A DNA stretch of 64,000 nucleotides from the human T2T-CHM13v2.0 reference genome, Homo sapiens: assembly GCF_009914755.1 (NCBI RefSeq), contig NC_060927.1; one strand, 5' to 3'. Within the stretch, counting starts at the first letter, position 1; each line of letters begins with the position of its first letter. A program made the translations under genes and the position numbers. Shown piece by piece: positions 13,074-24,255 of the stretch. Below the pieces are notes generated by a model. It did not search any database, had not been told where the DNA came from, and worked only from the letters and a program-made list of their open reading frames with translations.

Positions 13074-14129
13074 TAAAAGATTTTTTTTTTTCAAAATGGA
13101 GAGTAAAAACAAATCTTCACACTGAAAAGACTTGATGAGTAATAAGAAAGAGATGCAGAGCTAGAAATACCTAATGTATGACACACTATAAAGAATTTTT
13201 TTTTAAATCTAAAAATATTCAGAGAAAATGTACAAAGCTTGTAAGTAAAGTTGAATACTAGAAGTTCCCAAAGAAGGAGAACAATTTGTTTCTACAACTT
13301 TATGTCCTATTAGATTCAAGTGAAAGAAAGAAATAAGGCATTTTAGTTACAACACTATTCAAAAAGTCGCCCCCACACTCCACCATGCATCTTTTTTGAA
13401 AAAAAAAAAAATTTGGATATACTTTAGTAAAACACAGACTAAATTCCGGAGGAAAACATTGAATCCCAGAGACAGGCTATTAACGTCATAAGACAAAATT
13501 TAGAAAGCAATCATTCTGAAAGTTATTGCTATAGAGCTGGCCTAAAAAGTAAATACTTAACCAAAATATAAATAAGAAGTTGAATTATTCTAGTAAATAA
13601 TAAAAATGCACTTATTTCTTCCTTCATTAAAAGAGCATTAATTCTTGAGGAAAAAAAGGTTTAAAACTAGAAAAAGTATAGTCTAAATATAAAGCATCTT
13701 GTAGTGGAAATTTGAGTATTTGAAAGAGGAAATTTGAAAGAAGGAGGAAATAGATATGCATATATATATATATATGGCATGAGGACCTAGGGAATGTTAC
13801 AAATTCTAAAATACCCTTTCACTCAAAATACATAGAAATACTGGGGGGGAAATCCCAATTCATGCTTAACTGAACTCAGAAAAAAGGGAAAAAATCCACT
13901 CAGACCAATACATTAAGAGGAAACTGCTAACCAGAGTAATAAGATGACATTGAAACCTCAAGGTCCATCAGAAAAGATGCAGAAACCTCTGATTTAAATG
14001 CAAGAATTTTAACAAGAATACCTGACAAGAGAAAAGGCCTTGGCCTCCCTGAGGAGATACTAACTGCAGAGAACTGGATAATGAGAACTCAGCCCTGTAA
14101 AAATTTGAAGAAAGTGTTCTGAGAAGAGG

Positions 14130-14380
14130 GAGCAGTATAAAATCCCCAAAGTAGAAGGGCCTTGGGGCAGTAAGGCTGTGGTCTAGTGAGCAAGAAAGAA
14201 TGTAGTAGAAGTAGAGATGAAAGGTTTAGACACAATCCATGTATGTAAGGCTATAATTGTGATAAATAGCTTTGATTTGAAACTAAGCTCAATGGAAAGC
14301 CATTAGAGGGTTTCAGGAAGGAGTGATGAAATCAGATTTAAAATAAAAATTGGATGTTGCTCTGGGTGAATAAAATAGAT
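14130..14380 (-). mobile_element. L2 fragment
   Basis: 'aatggaaagccattagagggtttcaggaaggagtgatgaaatcagattta' is typical antisense L2. Confidence 0.5.
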
Positions 14381-15857
14381 AATGCATAAGTGCTTAATCC
14401 AGTTCCCATCATAGAATAAGCACTACATAATAGATAACTGATTATTCAACAGAAGCAAATATGTAAATGGTCAATTTGTTTCTTAATTATTTTCACTAGT
14501 TATATCATTTCTGCCAGTAGTACCACAAACTTTTCATATTTCCCTTTCATTTCTACAAATATATCTTAGGGCTAAAATCAAAGCTGATCTGAAAGTTTTT
14601 GGTGGATAATAGTGATAATTTTGGCTTAAGGAACTAAGGAATTGTCTAGGTCTTCACAGGGTTCCAAGAAAGAAGAGGTTACTACATTGCCTAAAGCAAA
14701 GAGATTAGTGATTCCAGAAAAGAACTGCTACATTACCTAAAAGACAGCATCTAAGGCTGTTGTGCCCATTAAATGCAGATTAATGGCATGAGGCTAGCAG
14801 AAAGGAGGGGAGACAAAAAGAGAACTAAGGCCTATTGATTTTTTTCCAAGATTGTAAATTGAATACAATATGAGAGATGAAGAGTTCTAAATCGTCCATG
14901 TTTACTTATGCAGCATCTCTTCACATTCAATAGAATATCACTTTGATTACTTTAACCAATGCAAAAAAAAAAAAATGTCAAGTGGTAGCATCTTTAATTT
15001 CCTTCTTCACAACCAGAATTTGTTTTGTTTAGAGGCAAGTCTAGTTATCTCTGCTTGGAGTCAATTCTTCTGGCTTTCTTCTTGATCATTTACAGAATGA
15101 AGATTTGCTCTAAGAAAAATAAGCATGTTTCTTGTTTGATGTTTTGCTTTTGTTTAGCATCTTAGTCTTTTTCTCATCTAAAGTTTTGCTGTATCCAAGT
15201 GTGGTTAGATTAATATAAGTGATTATTTTAAGATTATACTATAATATGGAAAGTATTATAAATTGCTTTGTTTTTGAAATTCAAAATTGTTATAGTAGAC
15301 AGCAACCTGCTATTTCCAGGTGAGTTTTAATAGTAAAGCATCACATAAAAAGCACACTTTAGAATCAATAAAAGATATTTCTGTTTCTAATTTGACAAAT
15401 GAAATTTTAGTTATGATGCTGAAATTCCATTATCACCATCATTTAAACATACTTAATGTGGACATGCTGGGCACATGCTGCTAGCATAAACACATTTGGC
15501 TCATATGTAAGATTTAATTTCATCTCTAGTTTGGAAACAGAATTCCAGGCACAAAGCCTCAAATTGCAGTGACAGGTTCTATGGAACACTCCTATGTATG
15601 GCTCCACAGAGTGATGAAAAGAGGTGGTCCTGTGATAGGTAGATAGATAGGCATGAGCAGGGCAGGAGAGGACTCTTCCCGCAACACACTAGAAATGTCA
15701 GGTGATGGTTTGGCAATTATCACATTGCCTCTCTAAAAGTGATAAATTGGCAGCCTGCACCAGGGAGAGGCCATTTCCTGATGGTCCACACCTGTTAACA
15801 TTAAAGTGTTAATTAAAGGCAGACACCAGGGAGAGACAACTTCCTACACATGTACAT

Positions 15858-16209
15858 TGTATTGTATATATAATGGAATATATATATAAAGGGTAGTTCA
15901 TTAAGTGTTAACTCACATGATCACAAGGTCCCACAGTAGGCCGTCGGCAGGCTAAGGAGCAAGGAGAGCCAGTCCAAGTTCCAAAACTGAAGAAGTTGGA
16001 GTCCGATGTGCAAGGGCAGGAAGCATTAGCATGGAAGAAAGTTGTAGGTTGGGAAGCTAGGTCAGTCTCTGTTCACATTTTTCTGCTTGCTTATATTCTT
16101 GCTGCACTGATGTTAATCTCCTTTGGCAACACCTTCACAGACACACCCAGGATCAATACTTTGTGTCCTTCGTTCCAATCAAGTTGACACTAACTATTAA
16201 CCATCACAA
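15858..16209 (-). mobile_element. MLT2A1-like 3' LTR of HERV-L (internally deleted)
   Basis: 'aactcacatgatcacaaggtcccaca...ccaatcaagttgacactaactattaaccatcaca'; followed by the antisense polypurine tract 'agtctacccctt'. Confidence 0.9.
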
Positions 16210-16311
16210 GTCTACCCCTTGTCAAACCTGAACCCGTACGAGATAATACATGATCTTCAAATAAAGACAATAAAAAGGTCATAATTACACTTTACATAAT
16301 ACAGCTATCCT

Positions 16312-16986
16312 TCATACAACTGGAAACACACCACTGGATCCAATCAGCATAATGTCATCAATGTAATGGACCAGTGTGATAACTTGCAGAAGTGAAAAGC
16401 GATCAAGGTCTCTCCAAATAAGATTATGAAACAAAGCTGGGGAGTTGATATTGCCCTGCAGTAGGACAGTAAAGGTATATTGCTGGCCTTGCCAGCTGAA
16501 GGCAAATTGCTTCTGGTGGGCCTTGTAGACATGAGTGGAGAAAAAGGCATTTGCCAAGTCAATGGCTGCATACCAGGTACCAGGAGATGTGTTAATTTGC
16601 TTAAATAATGAATCCACATCTGGTACAGCAGCTGCAATTAGAGTCACCACTTGGTTAAGCTTATGATAATCCACTATTATTCTCCAAGATCCATCTGTCT
16701 TCTGCACAGGCCAAATGGAAGAATTGAACAGCGATGTGGTGGGAATCACCTCCTCTGAGTCTTTCAAGTCTTTGATGATGGCACTAATCTCTGCAATCCC
16801 TCCAGGGATGTGATATTGTTTTTGATTTATCATTTTTCTAGGTGGAGGCAGCTCTAACGGCTTCCATTTGGCCTTTCCCAGCATAATAGCCCTCTCCCTA
16901 CCAGTCAGAAAGCCAGTGTGGGGTTTCTGCCAGCTGCTTAGTGTGTCTATGCCAATTATGCATTCTGGTAGTGGGGAAATGACCAT
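16312..16986 (-). pseudogene. pol: HERV-L pol remnant (protease end plus RT N-half), 224-codon open frame
   Basis: 'WPVQKTDGSWRIIVDYHKLN', 'AIDLANAFFS', 'QYTFTVLLQG', 'HYIDDIML' are retroviral RT motifs; the frame is cut just after YIDD. Confidence 0.9.
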
Positions 16987-16989
16987 ATG

Positions 16990-17934
16990 TTCCTTCCACC
17001 ATTATCCCACACCCTTAATATCCATTCCCATGTCTGTTCTCCAGATTTCTGTTTATATAAATTAGAAAACTCAAGCAGTTCTTTTCAAGTGTAGTGCACA
17101 TCCTCTTGGGTTACACTCTCAATCTCACCTCTAGGGGCCTGCCAGGACTTTAGTCTAGTTATAGGTCTAGAGGCAAACAGGGGTGTTGGGGGTGGCTCCT
17201 GAAAAAAATCAACATTATCTTGCCTGGCAACTGCCTCAGAGGAGGCCATCAATTTGCCTCAGGAAGCACAGGGTTTATCATCTCCTCAGACAACGGTGGA
17301 AAGGCTGATGGCAGCATGGGTTGGGGAGGGGATTTTGCCAGTACTAGGGATGCAGAAGCTGTTCCTTCTAGCAAAAAAGGTTCATCAGAGTTTACAAACT
17401 CAGTGTCCCCAGCTTCATCAGGGTCCTCCCACACATCCCCATTCCAAGTTACAGGGTCCCATTCTTTTTCAATCAATGTCCTCACTTTAACAGTACACAC
17501 CTGGCAAGGCTGTGCATGTAACTTTTGTTGCAGCTCAGCTCTCACATAATAAGAGCTTGTGTCTGTTCTTCCACAATTTCAGCTGTCTACAGGAGATAAG
17601 ACTCTCATTCAGGGCAATCTTAGCAGATTTGAGGCTCAGTATCTGCTTCTGAAGCTGGCAGATAGATAGAATCCTTGAGTTCATCATTTTCTTTTACCAT
17701 GTTGTCCACTGAGCCTAGGAGCAACAAACTAACTTCATTATGTTCCATGGTTCTGCATATATGGTCGAAGGTATTGTGTATATTGTCACTAAACTCTTTG
17801 CCTCTCATGAGCGATGAAACAGGAGTGTCAAATGCATTTATTTTGCATAACTCTCTAAATAGTGCATGCCAAGGACTATCAGTGTTCTCCATACTATTAG
17901 AAGTAGAATCCTTAGCATATTGGGGTCTAATCAT
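16990..17934 (-). pseudogene. gag: HERV-L gag remnant (frameshifted)
   Basis: 'MENTDSPWHALFRELCKINAFD' and 'VKVRTLIEKEWDPVTWNGDVWEDPDEAG' are ERV-L gag motifs. Confidence 0.85.
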
Positions 17935-18026
17935 ATTAAGCAGTCAACTCCATAAACCCCAAAGCCAACAAAATAACTCCATCCTTAATATTCTGTTCCT
18001 CTAGACCCATTCCTGGTGCCAAAATC

Positions 18027-18087
18027 TGTATTAGTCAGGGTTCTCTAGAGGGACAGAACTAATGGAATATATATACATAGAGAGAGA

Positions 18088-18118
<31 letters not shown>

Positions 18119-18544
18119 ATATATATATTTTTATTATATATATGTATATATATACAATATATTTATGGGAGTTTATTAAGTATTAACTCACACAAGGTCC
18201 CACAATAGGATATCTTCAGGCTGAGGAGCAAAGAGAGCCAGTCTGAATTCCAAAACTGAAGAACTTAGTCCAATATTCGAGGGCAGGAAGCATCCAGCAT
18301 GGAAGAAAGATGTAGGCTAGGAGGCTAAGCCAGTCTCTCTTTTCACACTTTTCTGCCTGCTTATATTCTAGCCGGGCTGGTAGCTGATTAGATTGTGCCC
18401 ACCCAGATTAAGGGTGGGACTTTCTTTCCCAGCCCACTGACTCAAATGTTAATCTCTTTTGAAAACACCCTCACAGACACACCCAAGATCAACACTTTGC
18501 ATCCTTCAATCCAATCAAGTTGACACTCAGTATTAACCATCACA
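18027..18544 (-). mobile_element. MLT2A1-like 5' LTR of HERV-L
   Basis: 'tgtattagtcagggttctctagagggacagaactaat', (TA)n tract, end 'cagtattaaccatcaca'. Confidence 0.92.
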
Positions 18545-19277
18545 CATATTAAGCGACAAAAATGGCAAAGGATGATCTGGGGACGCTCCACTGGAAAAAG
18601 GAAGAAAGCCTTAGATGGTCATGTCTATAACTCTCTAAACACACTGCTGTGCTCAATTACCAAGGCCAAGGAGAGCACTGCACATATGGAAAGCCCACCC
18701 AAAGGGAAGAATCATGGGAAAGAGGTGAGACTATAAAGTCCTAGGATCAAGATTAAATGCCCCATCTTTTTCTCTCTTTGACCTTCAGACTCCCACTTGC
18801 ATCTCTTCCAAGGGTCCTTTCCTTTCTTTACTGTTCTAAGTCTTTTTAAGAAACATCCACTCCTGCTCTGGAACTTGCCTTGATCTCTTTTTCTGCTTTA
18901 TGTGCCTCAGTCTAATTCTTTCTTCTGAGGAGGCAAGGGCTGAAGTTGCTGCACGGTTACAACGCAGCCCGTAACTCAGGGTAACCAGGATCTCTTTCAC
19001 ATGTAACAGTTCTAGCAGCAAAATTCCGTTCCATTGTCTACATCTATGCTTAAGACAATACAAATATTTTTAAAATTGTCTTAAATATTAAGACCATTAA
19101 GGGTTTTCATAAATAAAAAATTTTACAGTGATTCTTTTAAAAGGACGGTTTGAATACTATTATTATTTACAATTTTGCAAGGAAAATAAAATCACCAAGG
19201 CTTAGTGAAGTGCATGCCCATGTAAGGACAGTAGAATATTGAGTTAGAATTCAGGTTCTATTGAAAATAGAAAGCAG

Positions 19278-19542
19278 GGCTGGGTGCGGTGGCTCATGCC
19301 TCTAATTCCAGCACTTTGGGAGGCTGAGATGGGTTGATCACTTGACCCAGGATTTGGAGAGCAGCCTGGGCAACATGGTATAACCCCATCTGTACCAAAA
19401 ATACAAAAATTAGCCAGGCATGGTGGCACATGCCTGTTGTCTCAGCTACCCAGGGAACTTGAGTTCAGGAGGTCAAGGCTGCAGTGAGCCATGATTGCAC
19501 CATTGCACTCAAGCCTGGGTGACAGAACAAGAACTTGTCTTC

Positions 19543-19573
<31 letters not shown>

Positions 19574-19590
19574 CAAAACAAAACAAAAAA
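19278..19590 (+). mobile_element. AluJ (Jb/Jo) with (CAAAA)n tail
   Basis: 'cagcctgggcaacatgg' and 'ggaggtcaaggctgcagtgagccatgattgc' J diagnostics; small deletion in the right arm. Confidence 0.9.
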
Positions 19591-20185
19591 GCAGCACCAG
19601 AAGTTACCTATAATTATTAAGTAAACAAACAGTCTCTTACATATATATCAAAGTATAATTTCAGTCATATAACCTTTCAGGAAAGTACTAATAGTCCATT
19701 AAATTAAAATTAGTATATAGAATTTTCCACCTCTAGTCTAGTACCTAGTCTGGCCAATTTCATTTCAAGAAGGCCTAGAATGTACTTTTCTGCCCATAAG
19801 CTTAAATACATTTTATTTATTAGTAACCATTTTAACTATTATCTACATGTCTCTGAAATAAATGTCACTTAGAATAATAAATATTATACACACATATATA
19901 CACAAATTAATTCTGGTTTCTAAAGAAATATCTTAATATTTGGTCCAAAAATTTTAATCTCATCCATGATAATATTGATGCTGCTCTTCTCTCAGCAATA
20001 TAATATATTTTATGTTACATAAAACTTACTGGCAAATAAATTTTTAAAAATTGAGAATGGGATGGAAACAACTATAAATAAGTATATATTGTGTTTGTTT
20101 TTGTTGCATTTGGTTTCTTAAAACAAATTCTCCATTGATATCCTCAGAACCCTCTTTTTTTTTTCTTACAGAGATTGTCAGAAAT

Positions 20186-20730
20186 TGTAAAGGGGCTTGA
20201 TTTTAATCTACCTGTAACCTAACAAGTTAAGTTACCAATGTTTCATGGAAGAAACTGGCAGAAAAAAATAAGAGCGCAGGGTCAGAAACAAAGGACTTTA
20301 TTTTTCATGGCACAGTAAGCAGCATGAGCCTCAATGTATTTCCAACATTTTCACTCAAGTTCTCAGGAACAGCAAATAGGTCCAGATAGATGCCTGGGCT
20401 CTCAGTGAGTTGCATTACAGGAAAAGAATCCAGAGTTTAGGAGACCCCAAATTTTGAAACTGGGCAGTAACATGCCTCTTTCTGTGCTCCAGAAAAGACA
20501 TTGTTTTTGTTATACTGGACAATAAGCATTCATAATATTTGCTTTGGCATGAGACATATCTTTGTCTCTCAAACCGTGAGCACACCTGTCTTTCCCTCTA
20601 AAAGGAGATATAATTTTTTCTTCCAAGACTGTTCACCATACAAAAATCCTTGAAAAAATAGCCCAGAACAAACAGAATAATAATGCCTTGCTCACAATGC
20701 ATGCAGAAATGTGAGAGATCTATGTTACCA
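20186..20730 (-). mobile_element. Old ERVL-class LTR (LTR40-like)
   Basis: 'ctaacaagttaag...gtttcatgga...gggtcagaaacaaaggactttatt...catggcacag' resembles antisense LTR40-type consensus; family call uncertain. Confidence 0.45.
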
Positions 20731-21388
20731 AACATTTATCTACTTTATATTTGCTGACAAATGTTCAACAATATCTATTTGAAAAATTCTGTCAGTTGTA
20801 CTTCAGAGACCAAGAATCATAGAGATTAAAAATAATTGAAATAATTAATTGAGATCTATATAGCAAAATCAAGCTTTAGTTTAAATTCTGATGGTATTGA
20901 GCCAAAACTTTAGCAGATTTACAATATCATTTATTTAGTTAGAAATGTAAGGTTCCCTGATTTTCTAGTAAAGTTCTTATGATCATAAAGGGGCTTGTGA
21001 GAAAACCAAGATATGCTGGTCTTGCATTCTTATAGTGACAATAATGTACAATAGAAAATAAGACTCCAATGCTCATTTATCATTTATGATGACAGATTGA
21101 GAGCAGCTGCAAGCACAAAGCTGACAATTCTGCCTAGGATGATATACAACACAAACCAGAATGATCCTAAGATGCATTAACTTTATAATAATATACAGTG
21201 ACCATTACAGATCTCATATGCAAGATGTTTGTGATAATATATGAGGAAAAGGGGTGATTCAAAAAAAATAGTATATTGTATGTTGACTTAAGACCACAGG
21301 ATATTACACTTATAGCATAGGAGACTGCCGATTGTGAATTTCTTGGAGAAACATAAATCTTTAATTTCTTATAAATATATGCAAATGG

Positions 21389-21693
21389 GGCCAGGCACAG
21401 TGACTCATGGCTGTACTCCCAGCACTCTGGGAGGCCAGGGAGGGTGGATTACTTGAGACCAGAAGTTCAAGACCAATTCAGGTAATATGGAAAAACCCTG
21501 TCTCTGAAAAAAAAAAAAATTAGTCTGGCAGTGGCACGTACCTATAGTCCCAGCTACTGGGAAGGCTAGGTGGAGGATCACCTAAGCCCAGGTGGTTGAG
21601 GCTGCAGGGAGTGTGATAATGGCACTGCACTGCAGCCTGGTTGACAGAGTGAGATTCTGTCTCAAACAGAAATAAATAAATAAAACTAAATAA
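21389..21693 (+). mobile_element. AluJ (Jo/Jr)
   Basis: Diverged dimer with (TAAA)n tail; TSD 'ataaatatatgcaaa' at 21371-21385 and 21694-21708. Confidence 0.9.
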
Positions 21694-22342
21694 ATAAATA
21701 TATGCAAACACCTCCATTACTTGGCAAACATTGTGTAATAATGACAGCCCAAGATCAAAACAAGGATATAATATAAATAAAAAGAAAGAATGTCTTAAAT
21801 GCAACCAATACTTTTTCCTATTCATTAACTCACAGATGCTTGGACCTTATATACACAGTACACAGATCATAAGAAACTCTGGCTAACAAAGCTACTTGTA
21901 AACCCAAAAACAGTAGATGTAACAGGAATCTATTCTGCTTCTAGAGTGAGATGATTTCAAATTGTGCCTCTCATCTGATGTAATTTCATTTGTTCTTAAA
22001 CATATTTTTAATGAAAATCATAGAATAATTTATTTTTAAATCTTAAAGATAATCTAGCTTATTATCTTTAATAAATTAGACTCAGAGAACAGATATGTGG
22101 TTAAGAAAAACATTAATTGAGTACTACTACAAAGACTATGTTAGGAACTTTATACACATTATCATATTTAGTTATTCCAAGATGCTTGAGAAAAAAAGCA
22201 ATCTTATCGCATTTTCTCAGAAGGAAACTAAAGACATGATGTTTCAATCCACGTTCACGTTGAAATGAAGATTTTAACAGTATTAACATTATAGTAATGT
22301 ACTCACTTGTTACCATAAATATTTCTTAAACCAAGATCTTAC

Positions 22343-23157
22343 TGAGACAAGAGAGTTCCCTTGACCCCTTCATGGGACTTGCGAAGGGGTGGCTGTCTTA
22401 CTCAGCCTGCAACTTTCAAACCCCTTGTGGGAATGGGAGCATTCAGGTGAGTGGGTTCAGAGGCTGGGATAAGTGCTTCTGGGCAGCAGCGGGAGTAGAA
22501 CTCTGTGTGGTTTCATGGCAACATCTAGGGGTTGCCCAGAATCCCCAGAATCCTGGAGGAGCCATCTTTTAGCTTTGCTGTCTGTGGACAGCTTAAGTGT
22601 TAAACAGCTCGTGGAGTGTCAGTGTGACAGCCTCTTGTACCCGCACCCAGGTCCTCGTCTGGCATCTAGGAAGAATGAGGCCATGCAAACAAATTGGAGG
22701 GTAGTGAATGCAGAGGATTTTTTTGAGTAGTGGAAGTGACTCTCAGCAGGATGGAGAGATGAAAAGGAAATGGAGTGGGAAGGTGTTCTTCTCCAGGAGT
22801 TCAGCTGTCCCCAGCCAAACTCCTCTTAGACCATTCCTGTATGAACCACTCTCTTACTGTAGTCTCCTATATCCAGCTGCTGCTTCTCCTCTCAATGTTC
22901 AGGTGCTTCTTCTCTTCCCTCCTTCTTTGCCATGCCACTCCAATGCTCCACCACTCTGCCCATGGAAACTGGGTTTTTTATGGGTACAGGATGAGGGGTG
23001 GGATGGTCTATGGTGATTTTGGAAAAAGTAATATTCAGGCAGAAAAACAGGAATGTATGCTCTCACTTAGGGTCAGGGGTCCAGGCTTGAGGGTGGAGCC
23101 ATTGCCAGGTACCTTGTCCTTTTCTACCTACTATTTCCCTACCTCCTCTCTGTATCA
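22343..23157 (-). mobile_element. 3' LTR of the provirus
   Basis: Minus strand starts 'tgatacagagaggaggtagggaaatag...ggctccaccctcaagcctggacc', an LTR1-family start; ends CA. Confidence 0.85.
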
Positions 23158-23262
23158 TTTCCCCATCTGAAAAGGCACATCTAACTGCCATTAGAATATG
23201 GACAACAACCAATCTTAGCTACTTTCTGCTAACTGGGGGCACTGTTTTTGAGAAAATGGCAA

Positions 23263-23365
23263 TCAGATTCCTTGCACAGGTCTACCTAAGGGTCCCCAGC
23301 AAAAGGGAGCCATCATCTGAGGCTCCAGTTGCCTGACCATTTGGCATTTGATGGTCTCTATATGA
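23263..23365 (-). pseudogene. env: env cytoplasmic-tail remnant
   Basis: 'IETIKCQMVRQLEPQMMAPFCWGPLGRP' resembles the ERV9/HERV-W TM tail motif (IEAxKLQM...EP.M......PLDRP) and lies just upstream of the polypurine tract. Confidence 0.65.
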
Positions 23366-23643
23366 GAGAGCAAAAATAAATAAATAAATAAATAAATAAA
23401 TAAAAGTTTTACAAGGTTAAGTGTGCGTGAGTTAAACATGTGTATTATACAAGGACAGAATCTAGTGCCAAATTGTAGAAATAAGAAAGAAAATATAGCA
23501 ATTATTCTGAAAACAGTATTGTGCCTCGTGGTATAGAACAGAATGAAGATAAGAACAGAAAGCATAGGCAAGACTATAAAAAGGATATCCATGGAAGGTT
23601 AATTATTAACACTTATCTTTTGTAATCTTTAGCTTGAGGTCCC

Positions 23644-24007
23644 CGTGATGGTTAATACTGAGTGTCAACTTGATTGGATTAAAGGATGCAAGTGTTGATC
23701 CTGGGTGTGTCTGTGAGGGTGTTACCAAAGGAGATTAACATTTGAGTCAGTGGGCTGGGGAAGGCCAATTGGGTGGGCACAATCTAGTCAGCCACCAGTG
23801 AATATAAAGCAGGCTGAAAAATGTGAAGAGATGAGACGGGCCTAGGGCCTAACCTTGCAGCCCACATATTTCTCCTGTGCTGAATGCTTCCTGCCCTCAA
23901 ATATCACACTCAGTTTTGGGACTCAGACTGGCTTTTATTGCTCCTCAGCTTGCAGACAGCCTATTGTGGGATCTTGCGATCATGTAAGTTAATACTTAAT
24001 AAACTCC

Positions 24008-24056
<49 letters not shown>

Positions 24057-24098
24057 CCTATTAGTTCTGTCCCTCTAAGAGAACCCTGATTACATACA
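23644..24098 (+). mobile_element. MLT2A2 solo LTR inserted in the provirus
   Basis: 'gtgatggttaatactgagtgtcaacttgattggatt' to 'gaaccctgattacataca'; (CA)n tract; perfect 5-bp TSD gtccc (23639-23643 / 24099-24103). Confidence 0.92.
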
Positions 24099-24104
24099 GT
24101 CCCT

Positions 24105-24255
24105 CTGCCACCATGCCTGGCTGATTTTTGTATTTTTAGTAGAGACACAGTTTCACCATGTTGGCCAGGCTGGTCTTGAACTCCTGACCTTGTGATCCAC
24201 CCGCCTCAGCCTCCCAAAGTGCTGAGATTACAGGCGTGAGCCACCGCACCCGGCC
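24105..24255 (-). mobile_element. AluS(g) left arm only (3' part deleted)
   Basis: Antisense 'gccaccatgcctggctgatttttgtatttttagtagag...gagccaccgcacccggcc'. Confidence 0.88.

Larger units (their letters stand above)
16210..18026 (-). mobile_element. HERV-L internal region with two large deletions
   Basis: Primer-site-like 'gattttggcaccaggaatgggtctag' next to the 5' LTR; gag and RT remnants. Confidence 0.9.
15631..19008 (+). mobile_element. MER50-family ERV1 solo LTR split by HERV-L (pieces 15631-15857 and 18545-19008)
   Basis: Start 'tgtgataggtagatagataggcatgagcagggcaggagagg', end 'atgtaaca'; 4-bp TSD gtcc/gttc. Confidence 0.75.

Noticed and set aside
16312-16986. Novel stand-alone reverse transcriptase system (retron/DGR-like)
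   Set aside because: Ordinary HERV-L RT between MLT2A LTRs, truncated right after YIDD.
23263-23592. Syncytin-like env or membrane protein ORF (109 aa)
   Set aside because: Only ~28 codons resemble an env tail; the hydrophobic part comes from T-rich and (TTTA)n sequence; no SU/TM body.
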